Positions 45,988-56,518 are shown, counted from the stretch's first letter. The stretch: DNA of 64,000 nucleotides from Alphaproteobacteria bacterium (GCA_016869075.1 VGEY01000001.1:64926-128925); one strand, 5' to 3'. Program-made: numbers and translations. Notes: generated by a model from the sequence alone, not told the origin.

Positions 45988-47172
45988 TTATTCCTTCACA
46001 AAATGAATGAACTTCAGGGCATCGAAGTTGACGACATCACCTCCCACTCGCTTTGTTGCATAAAATTCCACATAAGGCTTAGTACTAAACGGATCGCGTA
46101 AAACATGCAGCCCAGCGCGATCTACAATCTGATAAGCTTGTTTAAAATTTCCAAATGCTATTGAAGTAGAAGGCTCATTGATGTCCAAGGCTGGCATTTC
46201 ATCTGCAATGAATACCGGATATCCAAGTAAGGACGCAGGGGTGTTTTCACTTATGTTGGGCTGCCATAAATAATGTCGATTACCATCTTTCAATTTTCTT
46301 ATTGCAGCCAAAGCAGAACGTGACATTACCCAGGTAGCACCATTTAAATAATGAGCTTTTAAGGCATGAAAAATGTCTAACAAGATGTCTCCATCTGTTA
46401 ATCCGTTACGAGACTGAAATGCCTCGATTTTCCCCCATTCTCCTTTGCCAACTTGTACTTTCTCATATGTGAGAAAGCCCTTTGGTTTCCCATTTCCATC
46501 TCCGTTAATAAACGCTGTATTTTCTGTGAGAATCATTTTTTCTGCAATTTTTTCCGCTAGCCAAGATTCAATATCAACACTTGAGTCATCGAGTAACTTT
46601 TGGCTTGCCCGGGGTTTTGCATAAATTTGATGAACAGGTATGCGAATTTTCTGAAGCTCTGGAGTTCTTGTTTCAGGTCTGTCAGCTGTTTCAGCAACCC
46701 ACCCTACATCTGCAGTACCCTTTTCAATAAGCAATTCTAAAGCATCTGTTGAAATACTTGTTATACGCGAAAGAGATCGCATAGGAGAAGCAACTGACAT
46801 TGTAGAATGAATTTTATCTAACATACCGTGTGGAATTAAATATCCTCCACTTGCATCATTCAAACTGGACAAGGCTTTTTGCTCAAACCCTTCTTCCCCT
46901 TTGCGTATGTATGCAAAAAATGCGCCTTTTTCACCGCTCTCTTGTTCATTTGAATTCGCAATGTAGGGCTTTCGTAAAGCTATCTCTAAATGACTCAATC
47001 GCTTTTGCGCCTTATCAACCTCATCATTTAAATGGTTTACTTTTTCTTCAACCAATGGATCAATTACGCCTTTCTTTTCCAATTCCACAAGACGTTGATC
47101 ATTGGCTGCTTTGAACTCTTGAAAGGCACATTGGAGCGTATCAATTGCTTCTCGTATAAGCTGTGTTGTCAT
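45988..47172 (-). CDS. phage major capsid protein, HK97 family (with N-terminal delta/scaffold domain)
   Basis: Coiled-coil N-terminus (KAANDQRLVELEKKG...VNHLNDEVDKAQKR), then the HK97-fold body (GGYLIP..., NGDGNGKPKGFL, AIRKLKDGNRHYLWQP, PVFIADEMP). Confidence 0.9.
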   Translation of the reverse strand: MTTQLIREAIDTLQCAFQEFKAANDQRLVELEKKGVIDPLVEEKVNHLNDEVDKAQKRLSHLEIALRKPYIANSNEQESGEKGAFFAYIRKGEEGFEQKALSSLNDASGGYLIPHGMLDKIHSTMSVASPMRSLSRITSISTDALELLIEKGTADVGWVAETADRPETRTPELQKIRIPVHQIYAKPRASQKLLDDSSVDIESWLAEKIAEKMILTENTAFINGDGNGKPKGFLTYEKVQVGKGEWGKIEAFQSRNGLTDGDILLDIFHALKAHYLNGATWVMSRSALAAIRKLKDGNRHYLWQPNISENTPASLLGYPVFIADEMPALDINEPSTSIAFGNFKQAYQIVDRAGLHVLRDPFSTKPYVEFYATKRVGGDVVNFDALKFIHFVKE

Positions 47173-47230
47173 GAATGTTTTCCTTCTTTTCTAGGGATTA
47201 ATGAATTATGTTCCAAATGAGTAAAAAAAA

Positions 47231-47794
47231 TTATAAAGGCTTTTTCTCCTCCGTTTCTTTAAGAATTCTCTCACATTGATATAACCGATCTATGAGCGCC
47301 ACAATTTCAGGATCAATCATTTTAACCTGATTAACTTTGGCCTTTGGATTTGCAGCAAATGTGACTAAAGAAATTTCATGTAATGTCACTTCTTCTAGCA
47401 CCCGTATGTGTGGTATACCTGCGCGACCTTCAACGCGTCTTGCGCGTACGGTTGAAAATCCAATTGACAGGCCATCAATAATGCCATTTTTCAAAAGGCT
47501 GTAAGCTTCACGTCCTTGTGAAAGTTCTAAAAGCAATTGACCTTTAACAAATAGCCCATGGGCGTCTTCCTGAATTTCTTGCCAAATTCCTATAGGGTAA
47601 CGATAGTCATGTTGCCATAATAGTTTGGGCATCTTCCCTTGCTGCACCCAAGATTTTAAAGAAAGATCAAATGCGCCTGAGGCAACTTCTTCTCCTTGTG
47701 AATCAAGAACTCCGAACACAGAAGCATATCCATTAAAAACGCCTTCTGAATCACAATTTTTTAATGAAAGTGGGCAACTACGAATTTTTTTCAT
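47231..47794 (-). CDS. HK97-family prohead protease
   Basis: GVFNGYASVFGVLDSQGEEVASGAF...LLWQHD...DGLSIGF...LHEISLVTFAANPKA. ATG 47794 has AAGGA upstream and overlaps the portal 3' end by 17 nt. Confidence 0.88.
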   Translation of the reverse strand: MKKIRSCPLSLKNCDSEGVFNGYASVFGVLDSQGEEVASGAFDLSLKSWVQQGKMPKLLWQHDYRYPIGIWQEIQEDAHGLFVKGQLLLELSQGREAYSLLKNGIIDGLSIGFSTVRARRVEGRAGIPHIRVLEEVTLHEISLVTFAANPKAKVNQVKMIDPEIVALIDRLYQCERILKETEEKKPL

Positions 47795-49022
47795 GGTTTT
47801 TTCCTTGGGTAAAATTAGGGTTAAGAGGTATTGAAAGAACATCACCATCAACAATGGGACCATATCCCACTGCATGACGCTTTTCGTTTATGGTTAAAAA
47901 ATCTGCTGCTGTAATTTTTGACCAAACAGCTTCTCGTCGAGATGTAAGAGCAGGTATTGCATCAATGTTATAGCTAAGACATAAATTTTCTTCGAAAGCT
48001 GGCACCAACCAAAGATTAAATTCGGCTACAAGAAATTCTAGAAGAGGAAGAATTGTATCTTCCCACAAATGAAAGCGCGCTTCTTTATAGTTGGCAAAGG
48101 TCGCATCGCCGGGAACTCCTACAAGCATGGGAGGAACACCATAGGCTTGTGCAATTTCACGGGAAGATAAATTTTTACCTTCAATAAAATCTAAATCTTT
48201 GGGAGATAATCCCATCTCGCGCCAATCACAATCTCCTTCCAATATTATAATCTGTCCAGCATTTTTCTGACCCGAATAAATTTCCCGTAAATCACTGCGC
48301 AAAGAATCACGCTGCTCTTCACTCATCCCGCGCGAATGAGGTGTTGGGCGAACAATTAAGCCTCCACTTGGTCTTCCTCCATTTTGTAAAAGGGCTAAAT
48401 TGTGTCCCGCAACAGCGTTATGCTGATCAATGCTTTGCGCTGCTGCCTCAATGGGACTCATGCCATACCAATCATTTAATGGGTGAAAATTTTTTAAATG
48501 AAGAAGTGTTGAATAACCTGTTATAGGATCACAGGTATAAATTTTACGTTGCCCTGAAACATTATATTCATAGCCCGCAGGAATTCCCGTCGCGCTTGGA
48601 ATAATTTTTATGCGATCTGGTCGTAATGAGTGTAACTCAATAGGACTTCCCTCCTCATTGATGACAGATTCAATATATGTATTACCTGAAAGAAGAAGGT
48701 ACCCCACCACAGATTCCATAAAAGCAGATCCTGCTTGACGGGGACTTGGAGAATTCAACAAAGTGAGCAGAGGATGGCTTTCAATTTCTGTTGACCCACG
48801 ATACAAAAGCCAAGGAACACTGCTCAGTCCCCGAGCGATGAGGTTAACGCACCGGTAAACAATGACATTTTTTTGATATCCTTCTGCAGCAAGAGAATCA
48901 TAGCGACGCGGAGTCCAAATAGGATTTCCAACTGTGCCATATGCTGCAAGAGGAGCAACCGCGCTTCTTTTGGTTGCGCTGTTCCGCCATGGAAAAAGAA
49001 AAGTTTTGAGAGAGTCTTTCAT
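47778..49022 (-). CDS. phage portal protein, HK97 family
   Basis: 414 aa. YRCVNLIARGLSSVPWLLY, the FHPLNDWYGMSPIEAA pattern, and its position directly before the protease and capsid genes. AGGTGG lies 8 nt upstream of the ATG. Confidence 0.9.
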   Translation of the reverse strand: MKDSLKTFLFPWRNSATKRSAVAPLAAYGTVGNPIWTPRRYDSLAAEGYQKNVIVYRCVNLIARGLSSVPWLLYRGSTEIESHPLLTLLNSPSPRQAGSAFMESVVGYLLLSGNTYIESVINEEGSPIELHSLRPDRIKIIPSATGIPAGYEYNVSGQRKIYTCDPITGYSTLLHLKNFHPLNDWYGMSPIEAAAQSIDQHNAVAGHNLALLQNGGRPSGGLIVRPTPHSRGMSEEQRDSLRSDLREIYSGQKNAGQIIILEGDCDWREMGLSPKDLDFIEGKNLSSREIAQAYGVPPMLVGVPGDATFANYKEARFHLWEDTILPLLEFLVAEFNLWLVPAFEENLCLSYNIDAIPALTSRREAVWSKITAADFLTINEKRHAVGYGPIVDGDVLSIPLNPNFTQGKNHEKNS

Positions 49023-49097
49023 TTTTTAAGCCACCTTTCGTAAAGTATGAAAGTGGTTTAATGAATGCCCTCACCAATTGACAATTTTTTAAATTGC

Positions 49098-49142
49098 CCA
49101 AAAAAGAAAAAGGCCTGATTTCTAAGAAAAGAAAACAGGCCT
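49098..49142 (-). terminator. candidate Rho-independent terminator separating the upstream 150-aa gene from the portal gene
   Basis: Stem AGGCCTG/CAGGCCT (49111-49117 / 49136-49142) with a large 18-nt loop. On the minus strand it is followed by TTTTTCTTTTTTGGG. Confidence 0.5.
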
Positions 49143-49166
49143 CTTTAAAAGAGAAAAATAAACTTC

Positions 49167-49619
49167 TTACTTACACTTTAATTTTCCATCTCCCTGACCT
49201 CTTTTTAGAGGTTGAATATTTCCCAATTGTTCAGGTTGGAGACCAGCACTCACAAATTCGTTGGCCAATTTACTTTGTTGCCCTTTCAAGCCTTCTAACT
49301 GCATAGCTAATAAGGCAGGATTGTTTGGATTTTTCATATCAATTTTTGCCTTAGGATCAATGCTGGCTTTCTTTGACATTATTTCACCGATTTTATCTTT
49401 ATTGCCTGCATAGAGTTTCACGTCGTTACAAAAGCCTTCTCCTTCACCTTTTGCACGATTCTTAACACACTCTTCAAGCTTCTCGATATTTATTCCGCAG
49501 CTTGAAGAAGAATCCAGCACACCTTCCGGAACTTCTTGTCCCTTATATGTATGTGATTCAGCAAAGCTGGCTGATATTCCTAAGACGGCTACTGCAGCCA
49601 TGATTGATAAATGTTTCAT
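49167..49619 (-). CDS. exported hypothetical protein (150 aa)
   Basis: Leader MKHLSIMAAVAVLGISASFA|ES. Lys- and Gly-rich. No family recognised. Confidence 0.55.
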   Translation of the reverse strand: MKHLSIMAAVAVLGISASFAESHTYKGQEVPEGVLDSSSSCGINIEKLEECVKNRAKGEGEGFCNDVKLYAGNKDKIGEIMSKKASIDPKAKIDMKNPNNPALLAMQLEGLKGQQSKLANEFVSAGLQPEQLGNIQPLKRGQGDGKLKCK

Positions 49620-49719
49620 TAAAACCTCCCATAATTATAATAACTTTCATTTTTTATCATAGGCAGGAAGTCTTAAGAATTTCTTAAGAAAAAAGAGAAG
49701 AACCCTCCAATGTAAGGAT

Positions 49720-50922
49720 TTATTTTAACTGCTCAACAGCTTTTTGAATACGTTGACAGGCTTCCTGAAGCAACCCAGTATCTATGGCATAGGAGATACG
49801 AATATAAGGAGAGAGCCCAAATGCATCTCCACTCACACTAGCAACTCCCATACTTTCCAATAAATAAAGTGCAAATTCATTATCTGTAGAAATCTTTTTT
49901 CCTGCGGATGTTTCTTTGCCTATAATACCCGCGCAGGAGATATAAAGATAAAAGGCTCCCTCAGGTTTACGACAGCTAAGACCCGTTGTAGCATTGATAA
50001 TTTTAAGAGCTAAATCACGTCGTTGTTGAAAAGTTTGAACCCATGAATTTAGAAAATCTTGTGATCCTTGCAATGCAGCAATCGCTGCAGCTTGAGAAAT
50101 AGAGCACGCATTGGATGTACTATGAGATTGAATCATCGTGATAGCTTTAATAAGGTTTTTTGGACCTGCTGCATATCCAATACGCCATCCAGTCATCGAA
50201 TGTGATTTTGAGACACCATTCACACAGACAATACGATCTTGCAATTGAGGAGCCACGGTTGCCAAAGTCATAAAAGATTCATTGTCATAAATCAAATGTT
50301 CGTAAATATCATCGCACAATACATATACTTGAGGATGTTTTTCTAAGACGCTCGCCAATGCTTTCAATTCAGCGGCCTGATAAACGCTTCCTGTTGGGTT
50401 ACTTGGAGAATTTAGAATAAGCCATTTGGTTTTATCTGTTATTGCTCCTTCAAGCGCTTGGGGAGACAACTTAAAATGATCCGACTGCGGGCACTGAACA
50501 ATCACACTTTTACCAGAACATAAATGAACCATATCGGGGTATGACACCCAATAGGGGGCTGGAATGATGACTTCATCCCCTTCTTCTACTGTTGCAAGAA
50601 AAGCATTAAAAATTACCTGTTTAGCACCATTGCCAACCGTAATTTGATCCACCTCATAAGTGAGCTGATTGTCACGCGCTAATTTTTCTTTAATGGCTTT
50701 TCGTAAATCAATCAGTCCTTCAACTGCTGTATATTTTGTTTTTCCTTCTTTCATGGCACGAAGCGCGGCATCCTTAATAAAATCAGGAGTATCAAAATCT
50801 GGCTCCCCTGCACTGAGGCTGATGATATCCTGCCCTTGCGCCTTTAATTCAGAAGCTCTGGCCGTCATGGCAAGCGTTGGAGAAGGTTGGATGCGATTCA
50901 GCCGTGAAGCAAGTAGTGTCAT
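49720..50922 (-). CDS. aspartate aminotransferase (class I PLP-dependent aminotransferase)
   Basis: SAGEPDFDTP, NSPSNPTG and the PLP lysine motif VNGVSKSHSMTGWRIGY. Confidence 0.9.
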   Translation of the reverse strand: MTLLASRLNRIQPSPTLAMTARASELKAQGQDIISLSAGEPDFDTPDFIKDAALRAMKEGKTKYTAVEGLIDLRKAIKEKLARDNQLTYEVDQITVGNGAKQVIFNAFLATVEEGDEVIIPAPYWVSYPDMVHLCSGKSVIVQCPQSDHFKLSPQALEGAITDKTKWLILNSPSNPTGSVYQAAELKALASVLEKHPQVYVLCDDIYEHLIYDNESFMTLATVAPQLQDRIVCVNGVSKSHSMTGWRIGYAAGPKNLIKAITMIQSHSTSNACSISQAAAIAALQGSQDFLNSWVQTFQQRRDLALKIINATTGLSCRKPEGAFYLYISCAGIIGKETSAGKKISTDNEFALYLLESMGVASVSGDAFGLSPYIRISYAIDTGLLQEACQRIQKAVEQLK

Positions 50923-51030
50923 GTCATTTCCCTTGGCTTAAAAAAATTGAATATTTTACTTCTATCATAAACTAACTCCGTACAAGGAGGCAGCAGTATT
51001 TTATAAGTATTAAAAATATTAAGTGAAAAA

Positions 51031-51450
51031 TTAGGATTTGTTTTCTTTCTCAATCATTTCCTGAGCTTTCACGCTATAGCGTGCTGTCGGAACTAAAAGA
51101 AGGCGCTTAACACCAATAGGTTCTCCTGTTAGTTCACAATAACCATAAGTTCCCTCTTCAAGACGTCGGAGAGCGTCTTCCACACCATGTCTCATTTGAG
51201 TTTCCTGCTCCTGAATTGCAACATCTTCATCCTGCAATCCTTCTTGGGCGCTTCTATCCATAAAGTCACTTTCTTGATGAGAGGCCTCCATCAATGTTTG
51301 AGAAAGCAAGTGTTCTTTCATAATGAGCTGCTGAAGTATTTCTTCTAAGTGCTTCTTAAAATAAGTAACCATCTCGGGTGACATATAGGTTGTATCTTGT
51401 TTTGGATCATATCCTAAAGTTGATTTTGAAGAGACTGCATTAGTGGTCAT
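51031..51450 (-). CDS. dksA: RNA polymerase-binding transcription factor DksA (variant lacking the Cys4 zinc finger)
   Basis: Coiled-coil with an acidic tip (GLQDEDVAIQEQE). The C-terminus YGYCELTGEPIGVKRLLLVPTARYSVKAQE retains only one of the four canonical Cys. Confidence 0.82.
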   Translation of the reverse strand: MTTNAVSSKSTLGYDPKQDTTYMSPEMVTYFKKHLEEILQQLIMKEHLLSQTLMEASHQESDFMDRSAQEGLQDEDVAIQEQETQMRHGVEDALRRLEEGTYGYCELTGEPIGVKRLLLVPTARYSVKAQEMIEKENKS

Positions 51451-51658
51451 TTTGTCCTCTCATTTTTTGAATGCTACATTATACTAAATGACACGTGAGT
51501 CCTATAAAAAAATAATGTTTATAGACAAAATGTCTCATTCCATTTGTCCCTTTAAAAATGCGATACTATAGTCACAAAAATATCGTAATGAATATTTTTT
51601 AGATACTTTTCTTAATTTGCCTTCAAATATTTAATTTGTTTTAATGTGGCGAATAATC

Positions 51659-52327
51659 ATGGTTCCTAAGAAAAATATAATAGACCCCTTTACCAAAGAA
51701 CGGAAAAGGATGGTTAAAACACAAATTAAAGCAGCAGGTGTGCAGGATGTGCGCGTGTTAAAGGCCCTTCAAACTGTTCCGCGGCATCTTTTTGTCCCTC
51801 CTGATTTAAGAGAGCAGGCCTATGAAGACAAGCCCCTTCCCATTGGATATCATCAGACAATCTCTCAGCCTTATATTGTTGGGTTTATGAGTGAGGCCCT
51901 TGAAGTTAACACAAATGATAAAATCCTTGAAATTGGTACAGGAAGTGGATATCAAGCTTCAATTCTATCAAAGCTATGTCAGGATGTTTACACAATTGAA
52001 ATTGTCGCTCCTCTTGCATTACAAGCTCAAAAGACCTTTGAAAAATTGAGGTATTCAAATATTCATTGCAAAGCAGGAGATGGAAATATGGGATGGCCTG
52101 AGGCTTCACCTTTTGATGCCATCATTGTCACTGCTACGTGTTCTCAAATTCCTCCTGCTCTTATTGCGCAACTCAAAATAGGGGGAAGGCTTGTTATGCC
52201 TCTTGGGAAGGAAACCTCTGAACAAACTCTCATAAGAGTTATAAAAACAAAAAATGGTTTGCGCAAAGAGTATCTTATTCCAGTCCGCTTTGTCCCTCTT
52301 ACAGGGAAAACACAAGGAAGCGGTTGA
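51659..52327 (+). CDS. pcm: protein-L-isoaspartate O-methyltransferase
   Basis: PRHLFVP, QTISQPYIV, and the SAM motif ILEIGTGSGYQA. Confidence 0.9.
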   Translation: MVPKKNIIDPFTKERKRMVKTQIKAAGVQDVRVLKALQTVPRHLFVPPDLREQAYEDKPLPIGYHQTISQPYIVGFMSEALEVNTNDKILEIGTGSGYQASILSKLCQDVYTIEIVAPLALQAQKTFEKLRYSNIHCKAGDGNMGWPEASPFDAIIVTATCSQIPPALIAQLKIGGRLVMPLGKETSEQTLIRVIKTKNGLRKEYLIPVRFVPLTGKTQGSG

Positions 52328-52528
52328 TTTGCCCCCCATCAATTTTTATCTATATGAGAGGTAAAAACGTAAGAGAGATAAGCTCCATTTTTGTTAAAAT
52401 CCTCCCTAAAAGACCCTAATTTCCCTAAATAAACAGCTCTTTAACAAAATAATCCACAGAAATCCTGTACTTTTTTGCTACAAACAGGTAAATATAAAGG
52501 AAATGTAACCCTTGAGCCTGAGCGAATA

Positions 52529-54781
52529 ATGTCTACAAAGTCCATAAATGATATCTCTTTTGAACAAGCTTTAAGCGAGCGGTATTTGGCTTATGCCCTT
52601 TCAACGATAACCTCTCGCTCTCTGCCCGATGTGCGGGACGGGTTAAAGCCTGTTCATCGACGCTTAATTTATGCCATGCGCCAACTCCATTTAAACCCCT
52701 CTTCAGGATTTAAAAAATCAGCTCGCGTGGTGGGAGATGTCATGGGTAAATTTCACCCGCATGGTGACCAAGCCATTTATGACGCTCTCGTAAGGCTTGC
52801 GCAAGACTTTTCCGTACGATATCCCCTTATTGATGGCCAGGGAAATTTTGGCAATATTGACGGCGATAATGCAGCAGCCATGCGTTATACAGAAGCTAGG
52901 CTTACTGAAATTGCTGCGCTTCTCATGGAAGGTATTGACGAAAATTCTATTGATTTTCGAACAACGTATGATGGTGAATCTCATGAGCCTCTCGTATTCC
53001 CTGCTGCTTTTCCAAATCTTTTAGCCAACGGAGCAAATGGTATAGCCGTTGGAATGGCAACATCCATTCCTCCCCATAATATTGTTGAGCTATGCCAAGG
53101 GCTCACTCTCCTCATTGAAAAACCCAAGTCCACCCTTGCTGATTTAGTCGCTCTGATTCCAGGACCTGACTTTCCTACGGGGGGTATATTGGTTGAAGGA
53201 AAAGAATCTATTCTCACGAGTTATGAAACAGGTCGTGGCAGTTTCCGTTTAAGAGCGCGGTGGGAGAAAGAGTCCATTAAGGGGGGCAACTATCGTATTG
53301 TGGTCACCGAAATCCCTTATCAAGTTGCAAAATCAAAACTCGTTGAAAAAATTGCCCAGCTGCTATCAGAAAAGAAACTGCCGCTTTTAAATGACATCAT
53401 TGATGAGTCAACGGAACAAGTACGCCTGGTTCTTGAACCTAAGAGTCGTATGGTTGATGCAACGGTGCTCATGGAGTCTCTCTTCCGTCAAACAGATCTC
53501 GAAGTGAGAGTTTCTTTGAACATGAATGTTCTAGATGGCGGAAAAATACCCCGCGTCATGAACCTTAAACAAGTTTTGCAAGCCTTTTTGAATCATCGGC
53601 AAGAGGTTTTAGTACGACGTACCCAGCACCGCCTTGAACAAATTGTTGAGCGCTTGGAGATATTAGAAGGTTATCTCATTGCTTACCTAAATATTGACGA
53701 AGTCATCCACATTATTCGTGAAAAAGACGATCCTAAACCTCTCATGATTTCTCGCTTTAAACTGTCTGATCGACAAGTAGAAGCCATTTTAAATATGAGA
53801 TTGCGCGCTTTACGAAAATTACAAGAAATTGAAATCCGTCAAGAACACGCTTCACTGTCTAAAGAACAAACAGAACTTTCCGCGCTGCTTGAGCAACCTT
53901 CAAAACAATGGAAGCGTATCAAAGCAGACATCAAAGCTATTGAAAAACGTTTTGGCCCTGAAACCGCTCTTGGTATGCGCCGTACAACCTTAGGAAAGCC
54001 CCCAAAATCTATTGCCGTTCCCATCGAAGCCATCATTGAAAGAGAAGACGTAACAGTCATTTGTTCCAGTAAGGGGTGGATTAGAGCTGTAAAAGGACAT
54101 CAAATTTCCCCTGACGATTTGAAATATAAAGACGGGGATGAAGGACGCTTTGTTATCCCTGCTCAAACAACAGATAAGCTTGTTATTTTTGGTACAAATG
54201 GGCGGTTTTATACTCTGAGCATTGATAAACTTCCACGTGGTCGAGGTCATGGGGAACCTCTTCGCCTGATGATTGATTTAGATAACACAGACGACGTGGT
54301 CGAAATGATGGTCATTAAGCCGGAAATTTTGACGGGCCCTGAAGATCAGTTACCTTCTCTTCTCCTCGCCTCCACAGAGGGACGAGGATTTCGTGTCCAA
54401 GTAAAAGATATTATCTCGCAAACCCGCGGCGGTCGCCAAGTGATGGTTCTTAATAAGGAAGCAAAAGCAATAGCATGTTTTGCCATGCCGAAAAATCCTG
54501 CAGAACATTTAGTCGCTGCAGTGGGAGAGAATCGAAAACTTGTAATCTTCCCGCTCGCAGAAATTCCTTTCTTAAGTCGTGGTCGCGGCGTCATCTTTCA
54601 AAAATATCGCCAAGGCACTTTGTCTGATATTAAGATTTTCAAAAAAGGTGAAGAGCTTACTTGGCGCCGTAGTGGAAAATTACATAAAGAGAGCGACCTG
54701 CGACCGTGGCGTGCACAAAGAGGAGCCGTTGGGCGCCTAGCTCCTATTGGATTTCCACGCAACAATAAATTCGAACAATAA
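52529..54781 (+). CDS. parC: DNA topoisomerase IV subunit A
   Basis: [33 protein letters not shown], and AAMRYTE with the catalytic Tyr. It is ~750 aa and lacks the long acidic GyrA tail. ATG 52529 is preferred over the track TTG 52475. Confidence 0.85.
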   Translation: MSTKSINDISFEQALSERYLAYALSTITSRSLPDVRDGLKPVHRRLIYAMRQLHLNPSSGFKKSARVVGDVMGKFHPHGDQAIYDALVRLAQDFSVRYPLIDGQGNFGNIDGDNAAAMRYTEARLTEIAALLMEGIDENSIDFRTTYDGESHEPLVFPAAFPNLLANGANGIAVGMATSIPPHNIVELCQGLTLLIEKPKSTLADLVALIPGPDFPTGGILVEGKESILTSYETGRGSFRLRARWEKESIKGGNYRIVVTEIPYQVAKSKLVEKIAQLLSEKKLPLLNDIIDESTEQVRLVLEPKSRMVDATVLMESLFRQTDLEVRVSLNMNVLDGGKIPRVMNLKQVLQAFLNHRQEVLVRRTQHRLEQIVERLEILEGYLIAYLNIDEVIHIIREKDDPKPLMISRFKLSDRQVEAILNMRLRALRKLQEIEIRQEHASLSKEQTELSALLEQPSKQWKRIKADIKAIEKRFGPETALGMRRTTLGKPPKSIAVPIEAIIEREDVTVICSSKGWIRAVKGHQISPDDLKYKDGDEGRFVIPAQTTDKLVIFGTNGRFYTLSIDKLPRGRGHGEPLRLMIDLDNTDDVVEMMVIKPEILTGPEDQLPSLLLASTEGRGFRVQVKDIISQTRGGRQVMVLNKEAKAIACFAMPKNPAEHLVAAVGENRKLVIFPLAEIPFLSRGRGVIFQKYRQGTLSDIKIFKKGEELTWRRSGKLHKESDLRPWRAQRGAVGRLAPIGFPRNNKFEQ

Positions 54782-54814
54782 GCGACCCAAGGTATTTATT
54801 GGGTGTGAGAAAAA

Positions 54815-55585
54815 TTACTTTGTTCCAGTAATATTTATCTTCCCTGCTCCACTTGTTGACTGTTTCAGGGTATTTTTAACTTTGACTAAATTAATGGTCC
54901 CAGCCCCATCGGAAGAGAGATCCGCGTTTTCCACGTCTCCTTTTATGGTTATAATTCCAGTCCCTTTAATAGATGCTTTAAGATTGGTTATTGTGCCTTC
55001 ATTGATCAAAAACGTTCCATCTCCTCCTATAAATAGATCTGCGTCGCCTTTTATTTTATTAATCGTAATTTCCCCAGACCCCTCAATATTACCTGTCAAA
55101 TTCTGAGTAGACGCAACTTTAACATCTCCATAGCCAGTAATATTAATTTTTGTGTCGTTTGTTGCACGAGGACCAATGTCTCCTTTACCACCAACCAAGG
55201 ACAAATCTAAAGGCATCTGAGGTGCCATTTTCAGAGTTAAAACGACCTTGTTGATATCTTGAACTATAGGTGCTCCTTTTTCATAAGCAATAAAAAGTAT
55301 TTTTTCTTCACCATTATGCTTGGATTCAACAGTAATTTTATTCAGAAATTGTGCATCTCCCTCTAAAGAAACATCCACCGCATCTCTCGCTCCAGAAGAG
55401 TCAACAATGACCTTCCCAGCAAAATTTTCTATCTTAACGCCCTTAATATGATTAAATTCTTTTTTCTCTTTTACATCCAGCACCTTAACTGCAGGAGATC
55501 CAGCTGCCTGTATTGGAAAGGATATAGAAAAAGTGAGCATATAAGTTGCGAGTGATATTGTCTTCAAAAAGTGCTTTAAAGTCAT
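54815..55585 (-). CDS. exported DUF2807-like / GIN-domain protein (beta-helix repeats)
   Basis: Signal peptide. Repeated G(S/T/A)G(E/K/I)I(T/N)I... strands (GSGEITINKIKGDADL, GTGIITIKGDVENADL, GAGTINLVKV, GAGKINITG). Confidence 0.65.
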   Translation of the reverse strand: MTLKHFLKTISLATYMLTFSISFPIQAAGSPAVKVLDVKEKKEFNHIKGVKIENFAGKVIVDSSGARDAVDVSLEGDAQFLNKITVESKHNGEEKILFIAYEKGAPIVQDINKVVLTLKMAPQMPLDLSLVGGKGDIGPRATNDTKINITGYGDVKVASTQNLTGNIEGSGEITINKIKGDADLFIGGDGTFLINEGTITNLKASIKGTGIITIKGDVENADLSSDGAGTINLVKVKNTLKQSTSGAGKINITGTK

Positions 55586-55770
55586 AGGTTTCTCCTAAAG
55601 ATAAAAATTACCTTAAATTATTCATAACACACATCTTTCAATTCTGGCCAGGGGCAAAAAAAGCACTTTCCCTCGTGACTCTTTTTTAAAAATAAAAAAA
55701 GAGAATTGCCGAGGTTTGTGAAAACTTTTATAAAACAATAAGACGTGGATATGAATATATAGGTATTCTT

Positions 55771-56478
55771 ATGAACCCAACTGCAGCAGCCACATCATCA
55801 GGTTTACCAACAGGCTTTGTGTATTTAGAAAATATCAACCCAAGCATCCTTACCTCCTTGCGCTATTTTGGAAATGAGAATTTTATTGGTCAACCCATCA
55901 ACGGATATCTTGATAATCGTGTCGTTTTTACGAAAGAAGCTGCAGCAGCCTTAAGTCAGGCACAATTTCTTTTCCAAAAAGAGGGCTATTCCGTCGTCGT
56001 CTACGATACCTACCGTCCACAAACTGCTGTAGAAAATTTTTGGCAATGGAGTCAAAACATAGAAGATCAGCTTAAAAAAGCCGAATACTATCCTCGTATT
56101 GATAAGGCCAAAGTATTTGAATTGGGGTATATAGCCCGCAGATCTGGCCACAGCCGTGGAAGTACGGTTGATCTGTCAATTATACCTCTCGGCCAAACTG
56201 TCCGATCCATTGAATGTAAGCCCCGTACATTACAGGATGGTTTTGAATTTTTATATTTAGATGATGGTACGGTCGATATGGGATCCCATTTTGATTTATT
56301 TGATGATGCTTCCCATTCCCAAAATTCTCTAATTACTCCCCAATATCAACAAAGACGCCTTCACTTTATCGAAATTATGGAACAATGTGGTTTTGTGAAT
56401 TACGCAAAAGAATGGTGGCATTTCACTCTTAAAAACGAGCCGTTCCCAAATACTTACTTTGATTTTCCAATCAAGTGA
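55771..56478 (+). CDS. ddpX: D-alanyl-D-alanine dipeptidase (VanX/DdpX, M15D)
   Basis: YDTYRPQTAV, SGHSRGSTVDLS and EWWHFTL are the canonical VanX/DdpX motifs. Confidence 0.85.
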   Translation: MNPTAAATSSGLPTGFVYLENINPSILTSLRYFGNENFIGQPINGYLDNRVVFTKEAAAALSQAQFLFQKEGYSVVVYDTYRPQTAVENFWQWSQNIEDQLKKAEYYPRIDKAKVFELGYIARRSGHSRGSTVDLSIIPLGQTVRSIECKPRTLQDGFEFLYLDDGTVDMGSHFDLFDDASHSQNSLITPQYQQRRLHFIEIMEQCGFVNYAKEWWHFTLKNEPFPNTYFDFPIK

Positions 56479-56518
56479 CCCACTCAATTGTCTCCCATCC
56501 CATGTGCCTGAGTGGATA

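Larger units (their letters stand above)
39010..49022 (-). mobile_element. phage-derived structural and lysis gene cluster (candidate GTA-like or domesticated element), split by an oppositely oriented EamA gene
   Basis: Fourteen minus-strand ORFs with start/stop overlaps or gaps of 6 nt or less within each half. Order: HK97 portal, protease, capsid, three neck proteins, unknown ORFs, SleB-type hydrolase and 3TM holin. No terminase, tape measure, integrase or regulator. Confidence 0.7.

Noticed and set aside
49094-49100. TGGGCAA upstream of the portal gene matching the core of the 42893/42914 repeats, considered as a shared regulator site
   Set aside because: A 7-mer is expected several times by chance in this window on both strands. 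Its orientation relative to the downstream gene differs from the orientation at the tail operon. Only the paired 9-mers with 21-bp spacing are reported.
54785-54804. 6-bp hairpin ACCCAA/TTGGGT between the convergent parC and GIN-domain genes, considered as a bidirectional terminator
   Set aside because: The stem is short and weak, with an 8-nt loop and no convincing U tract on either strand.
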